Shown here: positions 13,272-26,869 of the stretch, piece by piece
Layout of the letters: the number at the start of each line of letters is the position of its first letter
Position numbering within the stretch: the first letter of the stretch is position 1
NCBI GenBank assembly: GCA_951406725.2
Contig: OX597821.1
Coordinates: forward strand, 114,142,001-114,206,000
Direction of reading: 5' to 3'
DNA from: Octopus vulgaris
Lineage: Eukaryota
Length of the DNA: 64,000 nucleotides
Program-made: the position numbers and the translations under genes
The notes under the pieces: model-generated
What the model was told of the DNA's origin: nothing
Databases searched by the model: none
What the model saw: the letters and a program-made list of their open reading frames with translations, nothing else

Positions 13272-13470
13272 GCGCTGCTGCTGCTGTTACTGCTGTTGTT
13301 GCTGTCGTTGTTGTGGCTGTTGTATATTTAGAAGTCAGGTATTTTTTATGTAATATTCTCATGTCATTTATTGTTAATGGATTCTTTGATTATTCACCTT
13401 TTCCCACGATGATACACACACATATATATATATACATACATATATATATATGCATACATACATACAAATA

Positions 13471-13526
<56 letters not shown>

Positions 13527-13564
13527 CATACATACATACATACATACATACATACATACATACA

Positions 13565-13600
<36 letters not shown>

Positions 13601-13617
13601 TATATATGTATGTATTT

Positions 13618-14290
13618 AGTAAAGAAAAAATAAGATGGCTAGCAGCAGGCTGTTTCACCTCATACCGAAGGAATTAGAAATGGCAGTCAGAGACCGTTTT
13701 TCCAATTTCTATAAGTGGAGAATCCACAAACGAAGGCCCATACGGCTCACATACACAAAACCGGAGTGGCAAATATACGACGTCAGTCACTTACCGTTAA
13801 TAGCGAACATATGTTTCTGGATCGCAAACATAGAAATCAGTTTGAATTCCGTCATCGGCGCTATATTCGATAGCTTTACCAAATGCCACTAGCCCTCACT
13901 TCTGACCCAGCGACATCAGATAGTGGGGGGAAGAGCGCAGATGTTAAAACTAAGTGGCGACTGGGAACGTAAATTTTCCCTCCAAAATTCTGCCATGCGC
14001 GCTTTCTGGGTAATCGTAATGGAATGAGGAATCCACATGGTAATGTAATAAAAATGGTAAATAATTTTCCTGTGGTTTTTCATGTAACCAACAATTATTT
14101 ACCGGTAAATTTCGGTATGCAAATACGACAAATTAATTGTCAGGACCTTTGTAAGGTTCAGTATATAGTAAAGAAAAAATAAGATGGCTAGCAGCAGGCT
14201 GTTTCACCTCATACCGAAGGAATTAGAAATGGCGTCGTATTTGCATACCGAAATTTACCGGTAAATAATTGTTGGTTTTATTACATTATG
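13618..14290 (-). mobile_element. Penelope-like pLTR structure with direct and inverted partial repeats
   Basis: ~67 bp direct repeat 13618-13684 / 14167-14233; inverted repeat ~14087-14129 / 14234-14276; internal hammerhead; flanked by microsatellites. Confidence 0.75.
13800..13864 (-). ncRNA. Minimal hammerhead ribozyme, U4C core
   Basis: AUAGCG-CCGAUGA-CGGA...UCCA-GAAAC-AUAU-GUU-CGCUAU; 6-bp stem I, palindromic stem III ACAUAUGU. Confidence 0.8.
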
Positions 14291-14889
14291 TATGTATTTA
14301 TATATATATATGTATATATATATACATATATATAAGTATATATATGAATAAATATATATATATATATATACACTCAAAAATACATACCTATACATATATA
14401 CTCACATATGTATTTTTATGTATATATAAACTTATTGTTGTATATATTGATAGATACAAATAGACACATATGTATATGTATTCAAATATGTATGTATATA
14501 TATGTGTGTGTATGTAAGTATGCATGCATGTATGTATGTATGTATGTATGTATGTATGTATGTATGTATGTATGTATGTATGTATGTATGCATGTATGTA
14601 TGTATGGTGCGTATGTATGTATGTATATGTATGACCCGGGCACTAAGCCATCCGGTCCGTAGACAACGTCGTGGTATTTGCTTTGGTTCTCTGCCTAGTG
14701 GGTTCAAATGTCACCGATGGCACTTTGCTTGTCAGTCATTTCGTGGCGGATAAATAAAGCAGTGGACCAGGGTCGTAGACAAAGCGGATTTTCTAGAACG
14801 TCAGGTAGCATTCCTCCAGTCCTATTCTCTGAGTTCAGATGCAGTCTGCTGTCGCAGAAGACAGGAACACGCACGCACGCACACACACT

Positions 14890-14962
<73 letters not shown>

Positions 14963-14965
<3 letters not shown>

Positions 14966-15365
14966 CGCAGGAGTGGCTGTGTGGTAAGTAGCTTGCTAAC
15001 CAACCACATGTTTCCGGGTTCAGTCCCACTGCGTGGCATCTTGGGCAAGTGTCTTCTGCTATAGCCCCGGGCTGACCAATGCCTTGTGAGTGGATTTGAT
15101 AGACGGAAACTGAAAGAAGCCTGTCGTATATATGTATATATATATAAGTGTGTGTGTATATGTTTGTGTGTCTGTGTTTGTCCCCCTAGCATTGTTTGAC
15201 AACCGATGCTGGTGTGTTTACGTCCCCGTAACTTAGCGGTTCGGCAAAAGAGACCGATAGAATAAGTACTGGGCTTACAAAGAATAAGTCTCGGGGTCGA
15301 TTTGCTCGACTAAAGGCGGTGCTCCAGCATGGCCGCAGTCAAATGACTGAAACAAGTAAAATAGT
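14963..15365 (+). mobile_element. SINE family A, full length (tRNA-like head, internal microsatellite, LINE-like tail)
   Basis: AGGCGCAGGAGTGGCTGTGTGGTAAG...GGTGCTCCAGCATGGCCGCAGTCAAATGACTGAAACAAGTAAA; several copies in window. Confidence 0.9.
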
Positions 15366-15381
15366 AAATAGTAAATAGTAT

Positions 15382-15419
<38 letters not shown>

Positions 15420-16221
15420 GTTGCTTAGAGGATAAGTTAACCTCGTAAAGGGATGGTTACATCCAAGGAAATACTGGTTCTATACACAATATTTTGGGGA
15501 AATTAAATTTATTTAAATCAATAGGTATAGATTAAGAATAAAATTCATGTTCAGTTAAATGAAGGAAAGAAAATGGTGAGTTAAGATAATGATAATTATT
15601 TATCATCAAAGAATTGGTAATCTTTACTTCTTGCAGCCGTTTCCATTAGTGCTCAGTAGGTACATCGCTAATTTATGTTTTAAATTTGCAATCGTGTGTT
15701 ATAAGCATAATTTCATCAGAGAAAAAGATATACATGAAGATATTACATGCCGATCTTTACCGTTCATGTAAGCAGACTAAATAAGGGGTAATTATTTTTA
15801 TTGTTATGTGTGGGTGAAGGGTTAACGGATCATTGAGAATATAATAATGGGTAATAAGGTAAAGTAAAGAATAAAATGAAGAAAATTTCAAATAAATAAT
15901 ATAAATGTAAAATAAGTAAATAACAAAAGTAAAATATCTAATATTGAGAAATATATATATATAAAGATGTGTAAATACAGGTTCATTCATGGTCATTTAC
16001 GAATATAAAATAAACATAGAGTTCCAAAATTAATCAACCAATGCCCATTGGTTGAGGAAATTATAAATGAATGTACATACGCAATAGCGTCTCCAGAGGG
16101 AAATGTATCTCGTCAACAGTTATTCAAATACATTCATACACAGACACACTCGCATACATACGTGTATACGCAAATACACACACAAACACACACACATATG
16201 TATATATATATATATATATAT

Positions 16222-16274
<53 letters not shown>

Positions 16275-16315
16275 CATGTATACGCAAATATACACAAAGA
16301 CACACACATATGTAT

Positions 16316-16354
<39 letters not shown>

Positions 16355-16584
16355 CATACACATACATACATATACATAAATACATGCATACATGCACATG
16401 CACGCGCATGCGTTTAAATAGTTGTGTACATACGTACATAGATTTGCACATACTTTCACGTACTTTCACTATATTGTGCGTATAGTCACATATTTATATA
16501 CACTATATGGCTTTCAAATTAGTTTATAACAATACGCTAAAATATAGTTATTGATGTAAGGTAATAAAAGCAGCCATATTGTAA

Positions 16585-16637
<53 letters not shown>

Positions 16638-16675
16638 GGTATATATATATAGATATAGATATATAGATATATATG

Positions 16676-16738
<63 letters not shown>

Positions 16739-16769
16739 GATCTGGACATTAACTTCACGGTTCATTATC

Positions 16770-17042
16770 CAAGGAATTTGAACACAGAACGAAAAGACAG
16801 ACGTAATACCTATTTCTTTACTGCCCTCAAGGGGCTAAACATAGAGAGGACAAACAAGGACAGACAAACGGATTAAGTCGATTATATCAACCCCAGTGCG
16901 TAACTGGTACTTATTTAATCGACCCCGAAAGGATGAAAAGCAAAGTCGACCTCGGCGGAATTTGAACTCGGAACGTAGCGGTAGATGAAATACCGCAAAG
17001 CATTTCGCCCAGCGTGCTAACGTTTCTGCCGACTCGCTTCCT
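16770..17042 (-). mobile_element. SINE family B
   Basis: Reverse complement of the 7864 copy. Confidence 0.85.
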
Positions 17043-17842
17043 TGGGTAGGGTTCTAATTCATTGCATCTATTGTATCACCGCTACGAAAATAATCCAAGT
17101 GAGTCTTTGATTTTTATTTGTTTCTTTCTTTAGACTAAAGCCATGCTGGAGCACCACGTAGAAAAGTAGAAAGACTCACACTTATTATATCGGTCTTTTT
17201 TCAACATTGCACCACAAGCTCAAGCGGTGGAGGTGGGCGGGAGAAATACACACAAATACATACATACACTCACACACATACACACATGGTTTAATGATAC
17301 AAACAGGAAAAAATAGAATTGAAAACATGAGCAATATATATATTTTATTGATATTTAGCAAAAGCAACAGAATTATTGAAGGACCGATAGTATCGTGCGT
17401 TAACTCTTATCAAACTAGTCACAAATTGAGGGGTTGTAAATTCATAACCCACTCGATCTGTAACTATATATATATATATATATATACGACAGACTTTCAC
17501 GCAGTTTCTGTTTGCTAAATTCAGTCACAATGATTTGGTCGACTTGGGGCTATAACAGAAGACATTTTGCCCAAGGTACCGCGCAATGAGACTAAACCTA
17601 AAACCCCGTGGTTGCAAAATACCCTTCTCAATCACACAGCCATACCTGTGCCTATAATGTCAGGGTTGTTTGTGCATTTTTAGAGATTTTTGTTTCGTTT
17701 TGTTTGTTTTATAAAGCAACCACCTCTCATATACACGAGTTGCGTCATTTCAAGCAACTCCTCATCCATCGGTTTATCTATCTAAAGCAACAATTTAATT
17801 TAGAACCAATCACATTTTATTAGTCATTTGTTGTTAAAATAA

Positions 17843-18055
17843 GGCGTTGGGCTGGCAGAATTGTTAGCATCCCACACAAAATGCTTAGCAGTGTTTCTTC
17901 TGGTTTTATGTTCTGAGTTCAAATTGCGCCGAAGTTGATTTTGCTTTTCATCCTTTTGGGGTTGATAAAATAAGTACCAATCAAGTACTGGGGTCGATGT
18001 AGTCGACTTACACCCGCCCCCAAAATGACTGGCCTCGTGTCAAAATCTGAAATCA
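17843..18055 (+). mobile_element. SINE family B, diverged
   Basis: Shared head and body motifs. Confidence 0.75.
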
Positions 18056-20165
18056 ATAATTAACTATTCAAATAGAAAACAATAATAGTAATTTACTTTA
18101 TTAGATCAATAATTCAATACAAGTGATTTTTTAAGAACTTTGTTTCATCTGCAAGACGAGCTGTGGTCACTGACTTTGCAAACATTGCGAGGCTCTGGAA
18201 TGTAATGGCAAGTAAGTTAATGATCCTGATCTATGCCTGTTCTAGTCGTCTTTGAGCTCAACAATTATTCCAGTTTAACTGTAACTCTAAAATCTTCGAA
18301 ATTACTATACTTTAGTTAATCAAATATCTTGCTTTGTTGATGAGGCCTAATAAGAATGAAACATCATAAAAGTTATCGTCGTACTCCTATTGATTTAATG
18401 ATTTCATTAATTAATTAAACTTTATTGATTTTTTCTTATCACTTTAATTATATAATTTTGAAATGAAAACTGTAATTAGTTAAAATTAAATTTTCAAATA
18501 AGTAATATAGATTTCTTGATATCAAGTGTACTGGTGCCCATATCACTTCCAACTGTTCCAGTAGCAGATATTCTTGTATATATTTTCCTTCAATCACTCT
18601 CCACACTACATGTTATTCACCCTACCAAATTATTTTACACATATGCACGTGTGTGTGTGTGCGTGTGCGTGTATGTATGTATGTATGTATGTATGTATTA
18701 TGTGTGTATGTATGTATGTATGTATGTATGTATGTATGTATGTATGTATGTATGTATGTATTATGTATGTATGTATGTAAGTAGGACCTCTGTCGGTCAC
18801 GTTTGACCATTTATTTGCACACATATGGGATGAAAAGCAAAGATGGCCTCGGTGGAATTTGGACTTCAAACAACCCAACAGTGGAGAGCCCCGGGAGATC
18901 CTCTTACACAAGTGACTCTCAAGTTGACAAGTACTAGATCCCGTCAAAAACATATAAATGAAATTGCTCACGCTTTCCCTTATTAACGTCCTCCCACTCT
19001 TTATTATTGAGATTGCAAAACGTAGATGTGTTGATACGTAAGGCTTCCTTTCTTCGTCATAATGTTAGACAAGTTCGCAATGTTGGAAGCCATCTTGATT
19101 TTATTAAACATGGAAACATATCCCCCTTTTCAGTCCTGTCAGTTCCTTTGCATGGAGCACAGCTGCCTTCTGCAATGACTTGATCACCTAGAAACAGTTC
19201 GTAGTTTCGATTTCCAGACTGAGCTTTGCGTTGTGTTCTTCAACAAATACACTTAATTTCACATTACTTCAATTCGCTCGAACTGTAAGTGAATAACTCT
19301 GCAACGGGTTGACTTTCTGTTCTGAAGGCGGGAATTTTGTGATCTCCGCGTTACTGGCGCCATGGTGCCTAGCATTGGAGACAGTAATATCCAGGTGTCG
19401 AAGATGATGAAATAGCAACAACAACAATAACACCAAAAGCATATCAAAGCTATCCACTCTTTTATATTTCGTCTAGAAGATTCCATAACATTCCATGCAA
19501 TAAAAACAACAAATAGCGGCGGCATCGGCAGACATAATGAACCTATGGCAAACGGCAACCGGTGGAATCACTTAAATTGCTGGAAAGCAAACGATGGTGG
19601 ATTTTGTTGTTTTTACATGGACTGCCATGTCGAAACGAGCCTTTAGAGCTACCCACGCAGAACATCAGCTGTTGTATATTTAAAATGGAAACATCAGCAC
19701 ACATACATACATACAAACACACATGCATACATAAATACATAAATACATATACATACATGTGTGTGTGTGTGTGTGTGTTCGTATGTGTGTATGTATATGT
19801 ATTCAAATACATATATGCTTGTATGAAAATATGTGTTAATCGGTGGCGGGGGAGGTGAGTTTTGGAGAGTGCTAGGAGAAGGGGAAAGCGGAAGGATTAC
19901 ACTGGATGTACAAATGGGGCGTGTAACTCGTCGCGTTTTATCTGACATCGGTTTTTTTTTTCTCTTCTCGAATATGGTGACTGTGTATATATGACCTAGA
20001 AATCCCGTTTACTTTGATTTGATTTGAATTAAAAATTGCTGTGTAAACATCAGCCACACTTTCGCACGTAGGAAAGAAATGCCAGATTTTACGCAATCTA
20101 GACTCCGAAAACAACCAGAACTTTTTCGATAATTTCAAACTAGTTTGATGCTACAGTTCTATACA

Positions 20166-20408
20166 GGCATATGGCGTAGTGGTTAAGAGCGCGGGCTACT
20201 AATCCCAAGATTCCGAGTTCGATTCCAGGCAGTGACCTGAATAATAATAATAATAATAATAATAACATGGAAAAATACCTTAGGAATGAGAACTCAGGTT
20301 CGAAATTTCCCCAAGACACCTGATGAAGGCTGGAAGGTGTACCAACTAAAGCATTGTGTTAACAGCAAACAAGATGAGGATAAATATCCGTCAAATGTAA
20401 ATAATGTA
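20166..20408 (+). mobile_element. tRNA-head + (AAT)n + hammerhead SINE-like element
   Basis: A box TGGCGTAGTGG, B box GAGTTCGATTCC, then CTGATGAAGGCTG (stem II 3' side decayed); TAGTTTGATGCT repeated at 20141 and 20407; second copy at 31154-31372. Confidence 0.8.
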
Positions 20409-20998
20409 GTTTGATGCTCTCCCACATTCTTTATTTTCACTTGTTCTACTCTTCTACTTTTTTGAAAATGGTCAGCACTGCCAGCCAACCACAAAAATAT
20501 TCTCTTATCTTATCCGTTTACTGACTTGGAAACTTTTTTTTTTTTTTTTTTTATCAAGGGGATGAAAATTTTCCAACTTTTAGATCCCGAACTGAAGGAC
20601 TTTAGGTCGGATACTAATCATTTGGCCCAGTTGGTAGAGCCGCATATCAATGAGTGGGACCAATGCACGGTAAAATCGCTAAGAGGAAGGCCTCGAAACG
20701 GTTGCGCATCCTCAACAGATGACTACTAAAAATTCTACTGGTGCCCGGTATGCAAAACTTCCGATTGGCAGCACTTGCACAAATCCTTTGCAAGTCTCCA
20801 TCGTTCCTATGATCTACAAATAGAGTAAAAGACGTAGAATATATTAATGGAGAAAATATATAGAAATCACACCTTGGGTTGCATTTGGAGTCTAGTTTCG
20901 TTTTCCCAACAAAATTTGAGTAAGTGTATGATTTTGCGATAAAGGGGAAAAAAGCACAAGACATAATCTTATGGAAATAAGGATAAAAACATAGACAT

Positions 20999-21167
20999 AG
21001 GCGCAGGAGTGGCTGTATAGTAAGTAGCTTGCTAATCAACCACATGGTTCCGGGTTCTGTTCCACTGCGTGTCGTGTCACCTTGGGCAAGTGTCTTCTAC
21101 TATAGCCTCGGGTCGACCAAAGCCTTGTGCGTGGATGTCGTAGACGGAAATTGAAAGAAGCTCGTCG

Positions 21168-21198
<31 letters not shown>

Positions 21199-21442
21199 GT
21201 ATGTATGTATGTATGTATGTGTGTGTGTGTATGTATGTGTGTGTGTGTTTGCTCCCCCAAGATCGCTTCACAACCGATGTTGGTGTGTTTACGTCCCCGT
21301 AACTTAGCGGTTCGACAAAACAAACCGATAGAATAAGTACTAGGCTTACAAAGAATAAGCCATGGGGTTGATTTGCTCGACCAAAGGCGGTGCCCCAGCA
21401 TGGCCGCAGTCAAACGACTGAAACAAGTAAAAGAATAAAAGA
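20999..21442 (+). mobile_element. SINE family A, full length
   Basis: Similar to 14963-15365. Confidence 0.9.
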
Positions 21443-21560
21443 ATCTAATTATATGTACGACGTTCACAACTTACTGATGCTAGGATCGAACCCAGATTGT
21501 CGATTCGGTTCTCCTTGTGTTATTTCATAGTAGTACAGTGTAGACACACATATATAGTCA

Positions 21561-21669
<109 letters not shown>

Positions 21670-21706
21670 GTGTATGTGTATTGTATATATACATAATATA
21701 TGTAAC

Positions 21707-21738
<32 letters not shown>

Positions 21739-22239
21739 TGTGTGTATGTGTGTGTGTGTGTGTGTGATTCTTAATATGAGTTTTGCATTCGCGTATTAAG
21801 ACGAGTGTAAATCTATCCGTCTGTATGCAGCTACTTGAGTCTGCACTTTGAAGTTTGAATGTGTGTTTGTATGCGTGTTAGTGAATAAATCGTATAAGAC
21901 TGAAGAACCCCCACCACCACCACCAGCCACCCACCAACAAGAAAAGTGGAAGAGTCGGATCTGCATTCTAGAAAAAAGGAAATCTACTACCCGTTTACTT
22001 CCTGACATTAATACACATATAAACATGCAGGATATACGATCTAACCTGACTGAAACAGCTGAAAATCTCTGTGTCGCACAAACAGTGAAACGTAAATTCT
22101 CGAAAATTCTGACGACCACTTTCAGCACGTGAAACGTTTGCCAGCAATTGCTAACTTGCATGCGTTACACATGTATGCGCGTATATACATACATGCATAC
22201 ATACATACATATATATATATATAAATATATATATATATT

Positions 22240-22294
<55 letters not shown>

Positions 22295-22666
22295 CTACCT
22301 TAAGTAACATCACCAGCAGGGGTAAACATAACTGGAGACTAATGCTACAAACTGGCAAGAAATCGTTTATACTGCTGTTATGTAAACAATTATGTATTTT
22401 AATCCGTGAAGCAATGAGTTTAATCACAATAAATAAAGCAAGAAATATGGAAAGGATCACAGAACCGCAAAGAGAAAACAATATTTATTTTAGGCCTCAG
22501 CGAAGCTGAGTCTTTAAAGCCAGAAACAAGTGTTACGGTGTTCAGTTATTAATTTGTTGTATCTTTGTTTTAGAACATTAAAAGATAATGCTTTACATGT
22601 ATCAGAGTCAGGAAATCTTATCCTATGATAGGTGCTCACCATATTCAGTTAATTGTCCGTTTAACT

Positions 22667-23320
22667 GGCGCTCCGTCAGTTACAACAAGGTCGGGATCTT
22701 TTCGGTTTGAACGGCAGTTTTTAACAGAATTTCTAGGTAACTAAAAAATTTTGAACTTCGTATACTGGTAGAATGTTTTTATAACACATCTTTTTCTCTT
22801 GGCTTTATTGAGAATATTCTATAGTTTGTAAGATATTTGTTTTTTTCCTTCAATTTCTGCAATTTCAACCAATCAATTACGTCTATTGAGTTAAAAAACA
22901 TTCTGTGCCGTATGAATATGTCCCTCGTTTAAGAAACAGATTGGGTTTATTTACATCAGTGAAGAAAAAAAGATGCCCTTCCCCCCCACCCCTAACCCTA
23001 ACCCTAAAACAGATTGAAATGCAATAGATCGATACTAGGGTCATAATTATGGGTGACAATTTCATATGACACCGCTAGAAAAAACTGCCGTTCAAACCGA
23101 AAAGATCCCAAGGTCGTTCCAGTTGATGCAATCAACTGATCAACCTGCTTGTGAAATTAACGTGTAAGTGGCTGAGTACTCCACAGACATGTGTACCCTT
23201 AACGTAGTTCTCAGGGAAATTCAACATGTCACAGAATTTGACAAGTCTGACCCTTTGGATCACGGGAATGGAGCTTACGATTGTCACTCAAATATTCAAA
23301 CCCTTAAGCCACGCGCCTTC
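22667..23320 (-). mobile_element. SINE family C relative interrupted by a Merlin MITE
   Basis: SINE sequence resumes after 23108; colinear with 24723-25030. Confidence 0.75.
22694..23108. mobile_element. Non-autonomous Merlin-type MITE
   Basis: Perfect TIR GGATCTTTTCGGTTTGAACGGCAGTTTTT, 8-bp TSD CAAGGTCG, GG..CC termini; internal (CCCTAA)3. Confidence 0.85.
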
Positions 23321-23344
23321 ACTATAGACTGTAAATTATCTTTT

Positions 23345-24695
23345 ATAGTATAGGCAAAAGACCTGGAATTTGTAGGAAAGGAGCAAGTCGATTAAATCGA
23401 TCCCAGTGCGCGACTATTACTTATTTTGTTGACCTCGAGGGGATGAAAGACAAAGTCGATCACAGCAGCATTTGAACTCAGAATGTAAAGTAGGCAAGAA
23501 TGTAACTAAGCATGTTTCTTTTCTACTCAAGGCATAAGGCCCGACATTTTTGGGGGAAGGGACCAGTCGATTAGATCGACCCCAGTACTAACTAGTACTT
23601 AATTTATCGACCCCGAAAGAACGAAAGGCAAAATCGGCCTCGGCGGAATTTGAACTCAGAACGTAAAGACAGACGAAATACTTATTTCTATTTCTTTACT
23701 ACCCACAAGGGGCTAAACACAGAGAGGACAAACAAGAACAAACAAACGGATTAAGTCGATTACATCGACCCCACTGTGTAACTGGTACTTAATCTATCGA
23801 CCCTGAAAGAGTGAAAGGCAAAGTCGACCTCGGCGGAATTTGAACTCAGAACGTAACGGCAGACGAAATACGGCTACGCATTTCGTCCGGCGGGCTAACG
23901 TTTCTGCCAGCTCGCTGCTTTTATATATGTAAATAATTCGAATGTTTTCCTTGACCATTAGGATTCATAGGACCCATCCCACGGTCTCCATAGCAGAGAA
24001 CCGGACAAGATCACACTGTTCCCTATCAACAGGACACCGGTTTCTCGTCAGCTTCAGGACCTCAAATTCTGAAGGGGGCTAACAAGTAGATTACGTCGAC
24101 TCCGGTACTTAACTGGTACTTTATGTTATTAACTGCGAAGGAACGAAGGCATAGCCAACCTTGACTGAATTTGAACTCCAAACGTAAAGCTGGATGAAAT
24201 ACCGCCAAGCATTTTGTCCGATGTGCTAATGGTTCTGCCAGCTCACCACCTTAGATAAGCCTTTCTACAATAGACATAGGGCCATAAATTTGCAGGGAGG
24301 GAACAAGTCGATTACATCGACTCCTATACTTATGTAGTGCTTACTTTATCGACCCTGAAAGGGATGAAAGTTGACCTCGGCGGAATTCGAACTCAGAACG
24401 TAAAGACAAAATATCGCTCAGCATTTTTGTCCGGCATACTAACGATACTGCCAGTTCGCCGCTTTTAACCGCCTTATATAATGCTTTCCACTATAGGCAC
24501 AAGGCCTGAAATTTGTGGGGAGGGGACTAGTCGATTACATCGACCTCAGTGTTTCATTGGTACTTAATTTATCGACCCTGAAAGGATGAAAGGCAAAGTC
24601 GACTTCGGCGGAATTTGAACTCAGAACGTAGCGACGGGCGAAACAGCGCTAAGCATTTCGTCCAGCATGTTAACGATTCTGCCGCATTCAACCGC
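23345..24695 (-). repeat. Head-to-tail cluster of ~6 SINE family B units
   Basis: Repeated GTCGATTACATCGACC...GAATTTGAACTCAGAACGTA units in the same orientation. Confidence 0.85.
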
Positions 24696-24722
24696 TTTAT
24701 ATAATAGGTACGATAAAAGGAG

Positions 24723-25030
24723 CACTCCGTCGGTTACGACGACAAGGGTTCCAGCTGATAAAATTAACGGAAAAGCTTGCTCGTGAAATTAACGTACAAG
24801 TGGCTGAGCATTCCACAGACACGTGTACCCTTAACGTAGTTCTCAGGGTGATTCAGCGTGACAAGGCTGGCCCTTTGAAATACAGGTACTACTCATTTTT
24901 GCCAACTGAGTGGATAAGAGCAACGGGAAATAAAGTGTCTTGCTCAAGGACACAATGCGTCGCCGGGAATTGAACTCACGACCTTAGAACGTGAGCCGAA
25001 TGCCCTAACCACTAAGCCACGCGCCTTCAC
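24723..25030 (-). mobile_element. SINE family C relative
   Basis: Reverse complement of 35481-35809. Confidence 0.85.
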
Positions 25031-26154
25031 ATATGTATGATAATATAAAATCCTAATTCTTCATCTTTATTCGTTTGGTAATGAATTCTTGGATAATTTT
25101 AGCTGCACATTCTTTATGGAATTATTTCTTTTGTTAAACTATCTATTTTGGCAACAATTCTCTTATCTAATACCTGCAGCTATTTTTACTTAGAAACTGA
25201 TGTTTTATTATTTTACATGAAAAACAAAATGAATAAATTATTTTTTCTCGGGTGCATAAATTTATAAATATGTAAAAAAAAAACTCTCAGTAAACTTTTT
25301 TTTAAATTCTTTATATATAAATGAGTGGGTTTAAAATAAGCTGAATCTTGCTGTTCAAAGATCCAGCAAAGCGAATTGAAATGTAATTTAAAGGATATAT
25401 ACAACACATGTCGACAAGCCTGTTTATTAAAATAGAATAAAGGGCCAAGGGATGACTAAGCCCCAACCTTTATTCCTATTCTTTCAAAACATCTTATACC
25501 CTTCTAAACCAATCCCTGAAGAATTAAAATATGTCTGTCCACAAACGCTTCAGAAATCTTTCTCTAAATATGGACGCATGATGTGATTCTTCCTGAGGCA
25601 ACATTGTTCTAAAATAGTAACACGCGCACTTACACTGTTTATTAAAGTTTTATCTTATTATAACAACGCGTCAACGTTTTGTTTGATGTATCCTTTGCCA
25701 TCTTGATAATACTAAAACTCTAGGGATGTTTGTGTGTAACTCAAATATCTCAGAAATAGTATAGTTTGTTTTAGTTTTTTTTTACATATTTATTTTCATA
25801 CTTACCTTCGGCAGTGCAGTACAAATTTTAGTGACATTTGGACCTCTATTTAAATGATTAAACACAATTTTTGTACCTTCTTGACGAAAGAAAAATTCAT
25901 GGCTTCCATGACGTCAACACATAGACACATACAGAATACACACACATAACGAACGTCATTGTGTGTCAATCAACATAAACACACGTCCGCTACCTGTGAC
26001 ATATACACACATAGTCTTCGCGCTAAGAAAAAAACCGTCGAATTTTTGACGTACACAATATTTTAATCATTTAGAAATATTTTTAACTAAATGTGATTTC
26101 ATCATCCGTATTTCATTATTTTCCGTAAAAAATTTCATTTAGATGCTTTTTTTT

Positions 26155-26454
26155 TAAAAGTGAAATAGAGGAGAAAGGGAAAGATGTATGTACGTGTATA
26201 TGAAATGGACGTCAGTGTGTGTGTGTGTGAAAGAGAGAGAAAGAGAGAGAGAGTGAGAGTGAGTGAAGGTGTGTGTTGTCATGTATACGTACATACATCA
26301 ATACATATGCGTACATCTTTTTTGTATGTACGTGTGCTTGTGTGAGAGAGTGAGTGAGTGAACGTGTTCTCATGTATGTGTAAGTGACACACTCTCTTTC
26401 TCTCTTTCTCCCCCCCTCTCTCTCTCTTTCTCTCTCTCTCTCTTTCTCCCTCCC

Positions 26455-26486
<32 letters not shown>

Positions 26487-26554
26487 ACACACAGACGTCC
26501 ATTTCATATACACGTTCATACATCATTCACTTTCACCTCTCTTTCACTTTAAAA
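26155..26554. repeat. Imperfect inverted repeat / MITE-like, with (GA)n vs (TC)n inner arms
   Basis: GTGTATATGAAATGGACGTC vs GACGTCCATTTCATATACAC and flanks. Confidence 0.75.
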
Positions 26555-26869
26555 CAAATGTAACAGGTGATTGTCAGGGTAAAAATAGTTTTTAAAAAAA
26601 GCTTCTACTCATGTAAATTGAATACTATTGTTTGGATAGTTCCAATTAAATAAGTCCAGAAGTTAGGTTAAATATATACACAGGCATAAGTACTGTGAAT
26701 TCCCATTCTACAAAATGGCAAACAATTCAGTGAATACTTTACTGGGCAACACTGGATAGTAAGTCTAGTACCAGCTGATTGTTAAACGAATGCAAAATTG
26801 GGTTCTTTCTATTTAACTGATAAACTCTTTGACGTTTGAATAGTTGTAGTAAAGAATATTTCTTACTCT

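Noticed and set aside
15625-15668. Hammerhead-like CUACUGA..GAAAC on the minus strand
   Set aside because: No convincing stems I/II or cleavage triplet by eye
23345-24695. Repeat-spacer-like periodicity resembling a CRISPR array
   Set aside because: Units are ~200-bp SINE copies in eukaryotic DNA; no short constant repeats with unique spacers and no cas genes
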